Part shown: one piece after another, positions 26,380 through 40,000 of the stretch
Numbering within the stretch: position 1 is the first letter of the stretch
Layout: each line of letters begins with the position of its first letter
Translations under genes and position numbers: made by a program
Source: Azolla caroliniana
Lineage: Eukaryota > Plantae > Polypodiophyta
Assembly: GCA_043228905.1 (NCBI GenBank)
Contig: JBHGNT010000002.1
Coordinates: forward strand, 20,956,001-21,020,000
Direction of reading: 5' to 3'
DNA length: 64,000 bases
The notes under the pieces: generated by a model
Database searches by the model: none
What the model was told of the DNA's origin: nothing
Seen by the model: the letters and a program-made list of their open reading frames with translations, nothing else

Positions 26380-29300
26380 ACATAGATATATGTGGGCCCA
26401 TGCCAAAGCGATCACTAGGAGGTTCCCGGTGACTTTACACGGAAGTTCTAGGCCTACTCCATTAGGTCCAAAGACGAAGCGCTCGTGGTCTTCACTCGGT
26501 GGATATCTGAAGTGGAGAACTGGTTGGGACACAGAGTAAAGACACTCCGATCCGACAATGGAGGCGAATTAGAGTCTTCAAACAATACCTGTCCGACAAA
26601 GGAATCCGACACCAAAAGACCGTTCCCTACACACCCATGCAAAATGGAGTGGCAGAACGGATCAACAAAATGATCCAGGAGAGGGTGACGACAATGCTCC
26701 AACAAGCCAGACTAAACCTGGAATTCTGGACCGAGGCATTGTAAACGACAGTATAGCTGATAAATCTGGTGCCGTCAAGAGGAATCAGGCTTGAAGAGCC
26801 CCAAACACTATGGTCTGGCAAACAATCGACATACGATAGGTTCCGTGTATTCGAATGCGAAGCCTACGCATTCATCCCCAGAAATGCATATTTGCCGGTT
26901 ATGGAACCAATGGGGAATTTGGCTACCTGCTATGGGACCCTGAGAACCGGAAACTAATACGCAACAGTGACGTAGTCTTTAATGAAGACTCTATCTTCTC
27001 TCAGTGGAACCAGTCACAAACAGTTGGTAAAAAGGTATCCTTCAAAGACAACAGAGACGTTGTAGAAGGACCGACCCACGAAGCCGAATCAAAGATTCGA
27101 CAAACAGTCGAACTCAAACAAGCTGACAACATACTTGCCGACTCTGAATCGGTAGGAAGTCCATTAGTCGAACTCAAAGACAAAGCCATCAACGATAGAT
27201 CCTATTCAACCAGATGCGAACCAGGCAAAGTCAACAAGATGTGAGTAGGAAACTGAACCAAGTCGACGAAGTCCAGAGGGGAGGACAACGTGACACCACT
27301 GAAATCCTGACTTGGGGGCTGGTCACCTAACAAGACTCCTGACACAAACGGTTCAACAAGTACCTATCGACCTATAGAGCCAATCTAAGAATCTGAACCA
27401 CTTATCTCGACACCCAGGAGATCTGGACGAGCTCGAAGGCCAACAGAGTTCTATCAACCAAATACATATGAAGAAGCTATGGCCGCAACGGACGCCGACA
27501 CATGGCCACAAGCCATGAAATCTGAAATGAACTCTATTCACAAGACTCAGACATGGGAGTTGGTCGAACTACCAACTGGAAGGAAGCCAGTACCCTGCAA
27601 ATGGGTTTTCCGATACAAACATGTATCCGACTCAGAAAAACCCAAGTACAAAGCTCGGGTTGTCGCGAAGGGATTCAAACAAGAATACGGGGTCGACTAC
27701 GACGAGATATTCTCACCAGTAGTCAAGATGCCCACCCTCTGACTCTTACTAGGAGTTGTGGCGACAAAAGACCTAGACCTAGAGCAGCTGGATGTAAAGA
27801 CGACATTTCTACATGGAGATCTGGAAGAAGACATATATATGTATTATGTCTCAACCGGCAGGCTTCATGGCGATGGGGAGGACAATCACCTTGTATGTCG
27901 GTTAAAGAAAAGTCTGTATGGCTTGAAACAAGCACTGAGGATGTGGTACCAAAAGTTTGACTCCTACATCAGGCAACGTGTATATCACTGATTTGACTCC
28001 GACCCATGCATGTATATTCGGCAACTAGCTGACGAGTCGAGGATTTATCTGATCCTATACATCGAGGACATGCTGATTGTAGGAAGCAATCAAGCAGAGA
28101 TCGGAAAGTTGAAGCGGAGCCTTCATGACAAGTTCGTGACGAAGGAACTCGGACAAGCCCGTCACATATTGGGCATAAGGATCGAGCGAAATCGGACGAC
28201 CAAGACTCTTCGACTCTCCTAGTTCGTCTATATCTGGAAGGTGCTGAAGCGCTTCAATATGGAGAATGCAACGCCAGCACCAACACCACTTCCTACGTCG
28301 ATCCGACTATCGGACAAAGATTCTCCTTCAACAGACAAGGAGAGAGATCTTAATGGAAAGATGCCCTATGCATCGGCCATAGGAAGTATCATGTACTCAA
28401 TGGTGGTGACCTGACCCAACCTAGCCTATGCCATAGGAGTGGATAGCCGGTATATATCAAACCCAAGACGGAAGCATTGGGAGGCCGTCAAGCACATCTT
28501 CAGGTACCTGAGAGGAACTGGAGATACACACCTGACTTTCGGTTTGACAACCTCAACCGAAGTTGAAGGCTACACCAAATCCGACTATGCTGGAAATACA
28601 GATAATCGGAAATCGACATCATGCTACGTCTTCACCTATGGTGGTGGTGCAATAGCATGGAGGTCGAAACTTCAAGAGGGCACGACTCTGTCTACCACAA
28701 AAGCCGAGTACATAGTGGCATGAGAAGCAACAAAGGAAGCGATTTGGTTGCATCGACTATCTGCTGACTTCGCGTATACAAGCAGAAATGACCGGCTAAT
28801 GCCAACCATCTATTGCAACTCACAGAGTGCAATACACCTCATCAATAATCCCATCTATCACGTAAAGATGAAGCATATTGAGGTGCGGTATCATCACATC
28901 TAGGAGCTCACAACCAAGAAGATGCTCGAAGTCCAGAAGATCAACACCGAGGTGAACATCATCGATTGCCTCACAAAGCCACTCCCAGATCAACGCTTCG
29001 GAGCACTAAGGACAAAGATAGGACTACGACAAGCAACCGAGCTGAAGAAAGTCGAACGAGGAGCAGAAGGTAAGAGTCAACTGAATCAATCATGATAATG
29101 AGCCATGCTCGGCTCGACACGGACCTCACCTATGCCAACTCGACTATATGTCGACTGGCTTGTAACATAAATCTAGATTAGTGTTGTAATCTAAGTTTAT
29201 GGGGGAGACAACCGCAAACACATGTACATGTAGGAAAGAGTAGTCATTTTACGGGGGAGTTTGTTGGCATAAAAGGCCGACTCCCTCCACTTTGTATCCT

Positions 29301-29554
29301 AGTGTGAACTCGTCTACATAGTTAGGGCTTAGTATATAAGTAATAACCTTACGTTGTAAAGATGAATCTTCTTGATTGTATATTGGATATCAAGTCTCTA
29401 AGTGAGAGAGAGAGAGAGAGAACATAATAAAGCTTTCCATTAATGCTCGTTTCTGTGGAAGTTTCTGCCTTCCTCCCTTTTTGTGTTATTTTCCGAGTCA
29501 GCAAACAGGTTCTCATACGCTTCCGCATACGCACACACCTACCAACTTTCCTTA

Positions 29555-31123
29555 GGTGGCCACTCTTGATAGTATAGATATCAATAATCTATCATCCTTA
29601 ATTCCTTGCAGTGAGTGCCAAGGAAGTAGCTTCATATCTTTAGCTAACTCTTCAATTACTAAGTCACTTTTACGTGACTTAGATTTCATCTCCACTTGTG
29701 GGTCGAGCTTAGCCTTCTTTGATTTTTGACTCTTTATTTCTTTACACTCCCACATACTAAAAATGTGATCTTCGAGGTCACACACCTCCCCTGCTCTAAA
29801 CGCAAGTTGAAACCATTAGTCATATTTTCTTAGGCCTTCCGACTTGGTGCTTTTGTCAACTACTATCCCTACTTCAAGCCGACATTGTCATCGCAATCCA
29901 GGATGTAGCCGAGGAGAAACATTTTGCAGCACATCAAGGTACTCGTGATGGAAGAATCTGATGCGCTCGATACATGACATCTTTTGTCTATTGTCATTAT
30001 CGTTGTTATGATCCCAAGCTAGCAACTTGGCTTCTTCATGTGTACGGCCCGCATACAATTTACATTCTGCATACTTGAAGAAAGGGGTAAGAGGATACTC
30101 CTTGACCAGTTGACGTTGGGCTTCAACAGAGTGGGATCCTCCAATCACATAGTATGTATAGTCATCTGCTGAATTGTACTTGAAGTCAGCAACAGTAGGG
30201 CATTGATCTGGGTCGACCATTACTAAGAATGACACTACAGTCGCATATGGATTAATCTTCATTTTGCTTTTTAAGTTTTGCACATGCACTGAATGTGGCT
30301 CTCTAATTTTTAGAGCCCGTCTTCTTGTCTCCGGATCGATGGGTGGCCGTTGAATAGAGCAAATTGGTACATGAAATAATTGTCCTTTACGGACAAGCTT
30401 CGTCTTCACAATATTTTCTCTGATCCGGTTTTGCTCTAAGGGGAGTATCCCCGATGAGATGTGGCCCCCTGGAGGAATAACTTCAAGCTCAGCTTCTTCC
30501 TCCTCATCTTCTACGAACTCGAGGACCTCTGGCTCGTCCTCTTCTGGTTGCTGCCTTTTCTTGTACTTCTTATCTTCCGGTTTGGACTTCTTGTCAGACT
30601 TTGGTGGGGTTGTTGCTTGTGTGACCATCAGCTCTCCCTTAATGTACGGGCACAAAGCAACCATCAAGTTGTTTTTCTTCTGAACATGCTTTTTTAGAAC
30701 TTTATGGTGGCAGGACTTAGTTATGAAATTATGTTCATCGATCTTGACTTTGTGAAACCCCACTGAGCTATCAACATCAAAGAAGAGGTTGGATGAGTCG
30801 TTGTCTTCATATTCGATATTTTGTACGTAGTCGTATGTGAACGTCTTTCCCACCTGCAACTTGCCTTCACCTTCAGACTTTGCAAGCATAAGAAGGAGGT
30901 CCCCTTCTTCCTCGGTGTAGATCAGTGTCCACTCCACATCGGGGTAGCTCTTCAGGCGAGGCTCCCCACTCTTTTCGCCTAAAGTCTTCGTCGTGTTACC
31001 GGCAAAAGACTTTGATGTGTCGTCACCTCTTGACTTGATAAATGTTTTGCGAGAATCAGATTTCATCATGGTGTCAGAAGTTCTTTTTGTTGATGATGGA
31101 ATTTTAAGTTTCAAGGATGGCAC
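29555..31123 (-). pseudogene. Main exon of the gene with a ParB/Srx-like domain (N-terminal part of the ParB-methyltransferase)
   Basis: A 411-aa ORF reads through two in-frame stops into the 29552-29785 ORF. ParB-like pattern: VPICSIQRP...KIRE...HVQNLKSKMKINP...FLVMV...YYVIGGSHSVEA.RQL...EEAKLLAWDHN...QKMSCIERIRF. Confidence 0.7.
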
Positions 31124-31306
31124 CTTTAGTCGTGGCTCATTGAAAACAACAAGTCATGACACAAGGATATAACAATAATGTTAATAATAAACAATATAGA
31201 CCTCTTAAATAAGGTAAAATTAGGTCTATAAAAAACTTGAAGAAGTAGACTAAAAAATAGCAAAAAATTTGACCAAATCTAATCAATTGATCATAAAGAT
31301 CCCATT

Positions 31307-31395
31307 TTTCAACGAGAACTTGATGTAGTGCATCGAGTTCTCGTTGAAAGAGTACCGCGGGAACTCGATGCATTGCATCGAGTTCTCGTTGAAAG
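31307..31395. repeat. Two adjacent palindromes sharing GAACT(C/T)GATG(C/T)A.TGCATCGAGTTC
   Basis: 31307-31349 has 21-bp arms with two C>T mismatches. 31361-31385 has perfect 12-bp arms and shares the right flank TCGTTGAAAG. Confidence 0.9.
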
Positions 31396-31779
31396 CAATA
31401 CACATTGATTATAGAAGCAAAAAGAAAAAAAAAAATTTAAGGATTCTTGACGGAATCTAAAATGTTGGGTTGGAAAACATACCTAGCAATTTTCTTTCCC
31501 TTGTTCATGTTGATGTCGGAGATGTTTACTTGCCCGGGGAGGCGAAAACTCGACGATTTTGGTTGTTGAGTGCTCTTGTGCTCCTGTGCTCTTCTTCTGC
31601 TTGAACACGATAATGAGAAATTGAAGATGACTTCCCTTTATGTAATTTTTATTTTGTATTTTCAAAATTATTATTTTTTAAATATTTTTTAAAATTAATA
31701 AAAAATATGTTTTTGGACATGGTGCTTATTATAGAACCAAGCTTATGCCTAGTTTGGACATTGTTTATGTTTCTTCGCC

Positions 31780-34520
31780 TTGAGCAAAATGTCTTCAAAG
31801 GCGAGTGAAAATTCTCTGTTTTCTATTGAGCCTGTTATATTATCTCATAACTCCTTATTCTCAATCGAGGAATATAACCATGTTAATAATAAAAGGTGCC
31901 ATGTTAAGGCCAACGACGATCAAGAGCAAAGGTCGACGTCAATTTTTTTGATAGAGCCATTAAACATAGGTAAAGAAAGCTATATTAAAGTAGATACAAC
32001 TCATGTCGAGTCTAATTTATCGAATGCTACCGAAGACTGTCCTTTAAATTTTCAAAGAGTTCCTCGACAAGTGAGTGTTGAACGATATAATTTTTTGTGT
32101 TCGGATCAACAAATTTCAATTGACATATGCAAGGTATGTTGTGGGAACCTTTGTCTATCAAATTTTGGAAAGAAAAACTTGCGGGGGCTGCGACAAAAGT
32201 ATTTGTCTCTCAATTGCGATAAACAAGATACATTCTTGATTGCCAATATGCAACTTGCTAAGGACCATCTAGCAGTGTCATGTTCTAAGCAGGTGGAATA
32301 CTACCTTTCACTTACTACGAAGAGTTGTCAAGTTGCTTTTAAAATTGCTTATAGCATCGGGAACATGAGGCTACAAAGAATTCAACATCGATTATGGAAG
32401 GGGTGGTGGGTGGGTGCCTTTCAAGAATAGAGAATCTTCATGTAAGGGCCTGATTGGGCGACATGCTGTTAGATTGATGGATATTTATTTCTTGAAGCAA
32501 TGTGATGTTATGCCCATCACTGGAAGGTTACATTTGTTAGGTAACTTCACTCCTTGTGAGGTATACCAAGCCTATAAGGATGACATGTTATAGGAAAGTG
32601 TAGCTTATATACAATATAGGCATTTCAATCGTTTATGGAGAACGAAGTTTTACAATGTGGTCATACCCCGCAAGGTCCGGATGGGTGTTTGTTCGATCTG
32701 CGCGAGTTTAAAAAGCTTCGCAAAGAGTGGAACAACAGATGAAGAAATAACAAAATATAAGACTTTATTGGGAGAGCATCGAGAAAGCCAAGTGTTGGAA
32801 AGATCGAAAGCTATGCACCATCGTCAAAAAGTGCTTCAATCACTAGAAAGATACATGTGCTTGATTATAGATGGGATGGATCAAAAGAAAACTTGTTTGC
32901 CACATTTTTGAAGATTGCCCAAGGATATTGGAGATGAATGTCTAGTGCAAATGCACTTAGTAGGATGTCTTTTGTATTGTCAGACAATAAGGCCTCAAGT
33001 GTTCTTAACTTATCCAAATATCCACAACGACCCTAATCTTACAATTACATTCATGCAAAGTGTTATGCAGAGTTGGCAATGTATTCTCCCACTACTACTA
33101 TACATGCAACTAGACAACACGGCCAGAGAAAACAAAAACTCGATTGTGTTTGGTTATTTAAACATGCTGAAGAGAGAGTGGCATATTCAAAAAGATTAAG
33201 GTCAACTTCTTGCTAGTTGGTCATACACATGATCACATAGATCAAATGTTTAGTAGGTTCTCTAAGAGATTAGCGAGGTGCGGTGCTTTCACACTTCCTG
33301 TGCTATTAAGGTTGATTACTGAAGCTTATACCCCTAAGCCAGATGTGCAGCATTTAGATGAAGGATATGATTTCAAGTGCTTCTATTTGGATGGTGATGG
33401 GGGTGTGTGGAGGGTTCTTTCTCCGCTTAATAATATAAGTTTTAACCACATCGTCCTCAACCAAAAAGGTGTGGTCGGTCACAACCACATAATGTTGTAT
33501 GTCAAACAATACTCATCTAGTTCAAAATGGGAGCCACAAGACAGATGTAGGCTCTTATTGCATTTCCCAGATGGAATAATCTATGGTGCCGAGCAAATGC
33601 CCTATGACGACCATAAAAGTTTGGTTGTTGGTTGTTCAATTGAAGAGGAAAAGATATATTGGATGCGGTGCCTTGAGTAAAAACAAAAAAATATTGAGCG
33701 AACCAAAAAGTACGCTGGAGATCAGGATGTGGATTGGTGGGATGTGTTCTATAATCATCAACATACAATATTAGATAACGACTTTACAGGGTATTGGCCA
33801 CTACTAAATCAATTCAAATGGGCGCTTGGTGGCCCATCAATGGGAAGCACGACTCCTTTACAACCACTAGATAATCTTGAATTGAATAATCTAGTTGGTC
33901 CACGACAAAGAGATATTTACATGGGACCAAGATTATCACATGCTGCAGAGGCGAGGTGGCAAGGCAATATACGTGAGCTACAAGTTGGTATGTTGGTTGC
34001 AACATTAGTTGGGGGTGATAAGTTGGGCCATCCCTTCTGGATTGCCAAAATCATTGAAATTATTAAGGATGATGAAGGCAATCAAGTAAAGTCTATTATG
34101 GTTCATTGGTATCACACCTCCTCCAAAGATGCATTTACAGGGAAGTACTCTTTAGAGATGGTTAAGGATGTCGAAGGCACAAGCAGAAAGCAAAGAAGAA
34201 AGAATCTACCAAGCACATCTAGTCTAGCACTTGATAATGTCGACATACTCGTGTATGACTTCTCCTTGACCACAATAGGCCATCTAAGACAAACTACAAT
34301 TAAGATAATAAAAGAGAAGATCCTAGATGTGCTTGTTGACGCAACACAGAGACGAACAAGGAGTATGTCTCATAATCACAGTGACGTTGGATTGCAATTG
34401 GATGAAGACAATGCATTGGTTGCTAGTTATGATGAGGATGAAACCTCGCAAAGCTCTTCTAGTTCATCGGGTGGGTTTGAAGGGGAAGGCGTATCTCTGG
34501 GACGATGGATCTCATATATG
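31780..34520 (+). pseudogene. Decayed DDD-type DNA transposase (Sola/DUF7869-like) with a C-terminal BAH/SH3-fold-like domain
   Basis: N-terminal Cys motifs (CKVCCGNLCL, SCQVAFKIAYSIG, VCSICASL). Predicted catalytic motifs LIIDGMDQ, QLDNTARENKN and LLVGHTHDHIDQMFS. C-terminal GMLVA...PFWIAKIIEI...VHWY. Several stops and frameshifts. Confidence 0.8.
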
Positions 34521-34744
34521 AAATGTAGATATTGTATGTGTTACATCAATATGGCAATTCATAAATATGTATATATATACATGTTAGTTATTTTGTGATT
34601 TTTGTATGTTCTCTTCTAAATTTCACGTGTTGATTATTAGCCCGACATTTTTTGAAAGCCCTAAATTTTTGGACATGGTATAAATCAATATATTTTGATT
34701 CAATTTTCAACAATTTCCATGCAAGAAAGTGATGCCATGATGAT

Positions 34745-36179
34745 GGGGAAATTCAAGGGCTTGGAGTGGAGAAAGCTAGTGTAGGCAAGGCTCCCGAAGA
34801 AGCGGGGAGGACCCAGGTCCTCCCGTCAAGGGAGTTAAGAAAATGGGGGAGACCTATAGATGAGGTGGTTTATAGGATTCCGATGGGGGGATGTGAGAGG
34901 AGATACATGGCTCAATCTCTTCAATGCGGCTAAGCGGTTAATTTGTTGAAGGGTATGAGCGGATCTGGAGGGGCTACATTATTTGGGGAGAGCCAAAGTA
35001 GTGGCACTTGGCAGTCAATTCGTGTGGTGGCGCTAACTGGCAACAGTTGGAAGACACACCGTAACGTTGCTAAGATGGAACCCCACTAGAAGTTGTGGAT
35101 CTACGGTAATCGCTCCCTTGCGGAACTAGAATGGGACCCAAGGGATTTCAAGTGGAAAGACGGGGGCAGGCTACGCCAGTTCTTCCATAACAACACCAAA
35201 TCGGGTCGAGCTATACAACTACATCTGGAAGGTCCCCTGTGTGATGGTTGGCTGACATTGGGTATCTCTGACAAAGATTCTCTATACATTTTGGAAGACA
35301 CTTTGGCCTCTCCATGTTCTTGAGAAAATAAAGCTATTTTGGTGGCAAATCGGCCATAAAGTGGTTCCAGTTGGCAAATGTATAGGTGAACGAGGAGGCT
35401 CGGTAGCTTGCCCGCTCTGCTTTGCACCTATCGAGACTTTGAGACATTGATTATGGGATTTCCCGTAAGCTTAGAGAGCATGGGATAGGGTGACTCGTCT
35501 CCTAGGAGCATGTGAAGTGGAAGAGACAACATCATGGAGTGTGGCAGCCTGGATCAATCGTCAAGACCCAATTCAAGAGAGGCTTGGCAACCGCATCCCC
35601 CCCTCTTCTAGGAGATTTGGGTGTTGATCGCAAGCTTCACCCTTCGGTATGTGTGGAAATCCTACTGCCTAAAGGTCTTCCAAGATCTGGTATGACCCCC
35701 CGAGGAATGGATCATGGATATATGTTTCACAATTATCAGCTTCCCATGAGGGCAATTGGACGAGGTTTGTGACCTCTTCGATGACATGGTCACTAGCCGT
35801 TTACGTTTTTGGCAGAAATAGAGGAGCACGTTGATGGTGACAGAAGGAGGAAATGACCCAAGGTGGAACTACTAGCCCCCACGTTGGCTGTTTCCAACTC
35901 ACGTCCCACTCTCCCTCCATTGAGGGCCAAGGATCGGGCTTGTGCTGGCCTTCGATGGATTTGAAAACATGTTTATAGCTCTATGTAACTACCTACATTA
36001 AGTAGAAAATATGAGAGGATACATACGTAGCCATAATTGCTTTCTCATATTCAGGAACTCGGCTTGGGGGTGATTCCTCGATATATACATAAGCCACCTT
36101 GTATAGCCTTTCTATAAAAATCTTCCCTAACTACTGGGAAAGTAGTTTTTTCGGAAAAAAACGAAAAAAAAAAAAAAAA
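34745..36179 (+). mobile_element. 5'-truncated, decayed L1-type LINE (ORF2 C-terminus and poly-A tail)
   Basis: LEWDPRDFKWK..FF segment. A zf-RVT-like CPLC...ETLRH*LWD..A..AW lies at ~35410-35490 and poly-A at 36155-36179. The 5' boundary is approximate and no TSD was found. Confidence 0.7.
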
Positions 36180-37052
36180 CTCTACAAATGATAAGTGTGA
36201 GCAAAATTAGTCTGCGGTTGGTGCATTAATAAAATACTACAATACTTGGAGCTATGAAGGGCCATAAGGGACCTATAAATGGTTTTTTTGAAAAATTAAC
36301 TCTTCATGTCTATTGTATATTCTATATGAGAGTGCCTAGATTTTGAATGTCACAATTGACAACTAACTAGATGTCACAGTCAAGATATTCGTGTAACTAG
36401 ATAGTTCAAATAGTTAAAAATAACGTGTGCTCACACACTTTTTTCACACATCATTCTTTTCTCCATAAGCTCTTGTTTCCATGAGTTGAGATTGATTCTC
36501 AAGATACCCCCGTAAGGTCCACTGTGTGTGTTGATAAGTTTGGTTGCCTCACTATAGTTGAAGACTCAATCAAAGTTGTTCTTGGCAAGCCATTGACCTC
36601 ACATTGCTCCTCCATACTCTATTATGATTAGGTAAGTTCAATCTTGCCAATCCAAAAATGTCAAATAAAAAATCTTGGAATTTGAGGTTTTTTTGGTTAG
36701 GCATATTTGATTGGGGTTTTTTGTGTTGGTGTTACCCCATCTCCTTGTCCTCTAGCTCATTTGGCGTGTTGATTCACGGTTGGGCTTATATTGTTGGCAC
36801 CTTGAAATTTTGGGGTTTTAAAATTCTTCATCTAACATTCTGAATCAACCTAGAAAAAGTGTGTTGGGGTTAGTCTATTGATGTTGATCTCAGTCTGCCT
36901 CTTCTTCTTATCTCCAGTGCTGATTCTCTATGTTTTATCCCATCTCTCTTCTTCTTCATAAGATTATTTGTCAGGCTTCTCTTCTTTCTTTTTCATGTCC
37001 TCCAGTGTCTTTTCTCTCTAGATTGGGCATGGGCTCTTTCCTCATTCACACT

Positions 37053-40000
37053 TGTGGAGAATAGCGCGGAATATTTCTCGGCCACAACCGAGTCTTGAAT
37101 CACTTCAATGAGAATGAAAACACAGAAATGGGAATAAAGATAAATACTCGTACACCGAAAGAAAGTACACAGGATGTTTACATGGAAAACCCTGAATGGG
37201 AAAAACCACAATAGCCCACAGACTCCAACTATCACTATATGAGAGCGGTACAATCAGAGACTCGGAGGCAACTACCTCGAGCTCTATCCTTCGCCCAGGA
37301 CGCGGTTACAACAGAGTATCGCTTTGTATCTTGCTCTCTCACTCTCTTCCTCTCTCTATATGCAATAGTTATACACATACAAAAATATGACTACGACACA
37401 CTAAAGTGATTTCCCTAAGTCATATTTATACTTATATGAACTTAGGGCTATTTACAAATATAGCCTCAATATGCTTATTCAAAACATATTTACAAATATG
37501 TCTTCTCTTCCGGTTCTCACTGGGTCCATCCGATCCGGTTTTCAGATCTTTTCCGGTTCTCACCAGGTCCTCTTCATCCATAAATGAATCCCATTTGGAG
37601 GGACCGATTTCCCAACAATCTCCCCCCTCACTTTGGCATGGGATGTCTTGCTAGCTCAATTCGCTTTCGACACGCGTCCAGCTTGTCGGTTGTCAACACC
37701 TTGTTCAGCATATCCGACCCGTTCTCCTCCGTGTGGATCTTCGTCAACACGAACCTTGATCTTCTACTCTCTCCCGAATCCAGTGGTACCTCCGCTGGAT
37801 ATGTTTCATCCAGGAATGGTAGGCGCGTTCTTTGCGAGGTGGATGGCACTTTGACTGTCACAATAGAGCCGGTATTCCTCCTGTTGGATCCCTAGATCTC
37901 CAATGAAGTCCTTCATCCAGATTATCTGCTTGTCGGCTTCCACAACTGCCATGTACTCCGTCTCCGTGGTGGACAACGCAACCGTCTTCTGCAGCCCCTG
38001 CATAAGTCATGACATATCCGAATGTAGACCGACTGGTATCCGCATCAGCCAACATAAGCGAATCAGAGAATCCGTCAAGTTGGAGATTACCGAAGCCGAA
38101 CTAGAGGCACATACTTGAGGTGCCTTTCCGATACCGGAGTATCGACTTGACCGCGTTCCAATGCTCTCTTCCGGGGTTGCTGATGAACCGGCTCACCACT
38201 CCGACTGCATATCCGATATCCGGCCGGGTACATACCATCGCTCACATCAAGCTTCTAACGATAGAGGCATATGGAATCTTCATCATATCTGTCTTCTCCT
38301 CCTTTGTCCTTGGGCTTTGTTTTTTGGATAGCTTGCAGTTTGTTGGAAGTGTTGATCCAATCGGTTTCGCCTCCGACATGTTGAATCGTTGAAGCACCTT
38401 TGTCACATACTTCTGCTGTGACAACCACAACAACTTCTTCGACCAATCCCGGATGATGTGCATTCCCAATATCTGTTATGCCGAACCCAAGTCTTTCATT
38501 GAGAAGGTCCGGTTCAGAGCCTTCTTCAGCATCTGAATCTTGCCTTGGTCTCGTCCGACGATCAACATATCATCCACATATAGGAGAAGTATCAGGAAAT
38601 CTCCTCCGTCAAATTTCTTCACAAACACGCAGTGATCGGCTTGCGTCTTGTGGTATCCTTGGTCGGTAATGAAGGAGTTGAACTTTCGGTACTATTGCCG
38701 GGGAACTTGCTTCAATCCGTACAAGCTCTTCTTCTGTCGGCACACCAAGTGCTCCTTCCCTTTCTTCTCAAAACCTTCCGGTTGATGCATGTAGATCTCT
38801 TCTTCGAGTTCGCCATGTAGGAATGTCGTCTTGATGTCCAGTTGCTCTACCTTGAGGTCCATGCTTGTCGATATTCCCAGTATCGTCCGGATGGATGTCA
38901 TCTTTACTACCAGGGCAAAGATCTCATCGAAGTCCACTCCTTTCTTCTGCTTGAAGCCCTTCACCACAATCCGGGCTTTGTACCTTGGTGGATTTATGGC
39001 GTCTCCCGGTTTCAGCTTGTACACCCACTTCTTCCGGAGTGCTCTCTTCCCTTTCGGCAACTCCGTCGGTTCATACATATGGTTCTCATGCAAGGAATCC
39101 ATCTCGCCCTGCTTGGTACTCAACCACTTCTGGCTGTGGGTGTCTCTCTTTGCTTCTTCGAAGCTTTCCGGCTGCCCCTCATCAATTAGCAACACATGCT
39201 CTACATCCGAAAATCTTCGGGGGGCTCTTCTCTCTTAGAGAGGATATCTCCGTCCTTGGTTTCTGACTACCCGTTCCTCCGTTTGTTCCTCATCCTCATC
39301 CAATTCGGGATCTTGTCCGGTTCCGGTGTCTCCTCCTCCTCCTCCTCCTCCTTCTTCTTCTTCTTCTTCTTCGGTCAATTCGGTTTCTTGTCCGTATCCA
39401 GCCGGTTCGTCAAGTGTCAACCGGTTACCGGCTAACATCCGGTTTTCAACCGGGTATGTCCTTGTGTCCTCAAGCCGGTTTTTAGTGGATGATCCAGAGT
39501 TCATCATCTTCTTCTCCGACTCCCAATCGGCAATGGTCTTGTCTTCCATGAAGACTATGTCCCGACTCCGAAACACCTTGTCGACCAGATCCCACACCTG
39601 GTAACCGAACTCATCATTGCCGTATCCAAGGAATATGCATGGCCGGGACTTCAGATCCAACTTTGCTCTTTTGTCCTTCACCACATGCCCGTAAGTGAGA
39701 AATCTGAACACCTCTAGATGCCGGTAGAATACGTCCTTACTGGTCAATACTTTCTACGGTGAGTCTCCGTCCAAGGGTACTGAGGGTGATTTGTTTACCT
39801 TGAAGACGGATAGCACCTCATCCTTTGTCTTCAGTGATGAGACCCACAGCTTCCAGATGCGGTCATCTATGAACGTCATGAAGTAGTGTGATCCGGCATG
39901 TGACTTCGTGTCCACTTGACACACATCGGTATGCACCAGCTCTAGTGGTGCGTTCCGTCTCATCGGTGGTCTTGACCGGAAGGAGGTTCGGTTTTGCTTA

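Larger units (their letters stand above)
18830..29554 (+). mobile_element. Decayed Ty1/copia element (Tnt1/Tork-like gag); LTRs 18830-19118 and 29262-29554; TSD GGTGG
   Basis: TGTTGGCATAAAAGG LTR pair, PBS TGGTATTAGAGC, PPT ACGGGGGAG, GGTGG on both flanks. Motifs KFDGKNF, LDSGAS, LVHT|DICGPM, RSDNGGE and KARVVAKGF. Confidence 0.95.

Noticed and set aside
29555-31123. Bacterial contamination as the source of the ParB-like gene
   Set aside because: The gene is interrupted by a plant-type copia with a perfect TSD, appears to have introns and is decayed like its neighbours.
34600-34760. Terminal inverted repeat for transposase copy 1
   Set aside because: I found no convincing match to the 62548 terminus, and the opposite end was lost at the 18212 junction.
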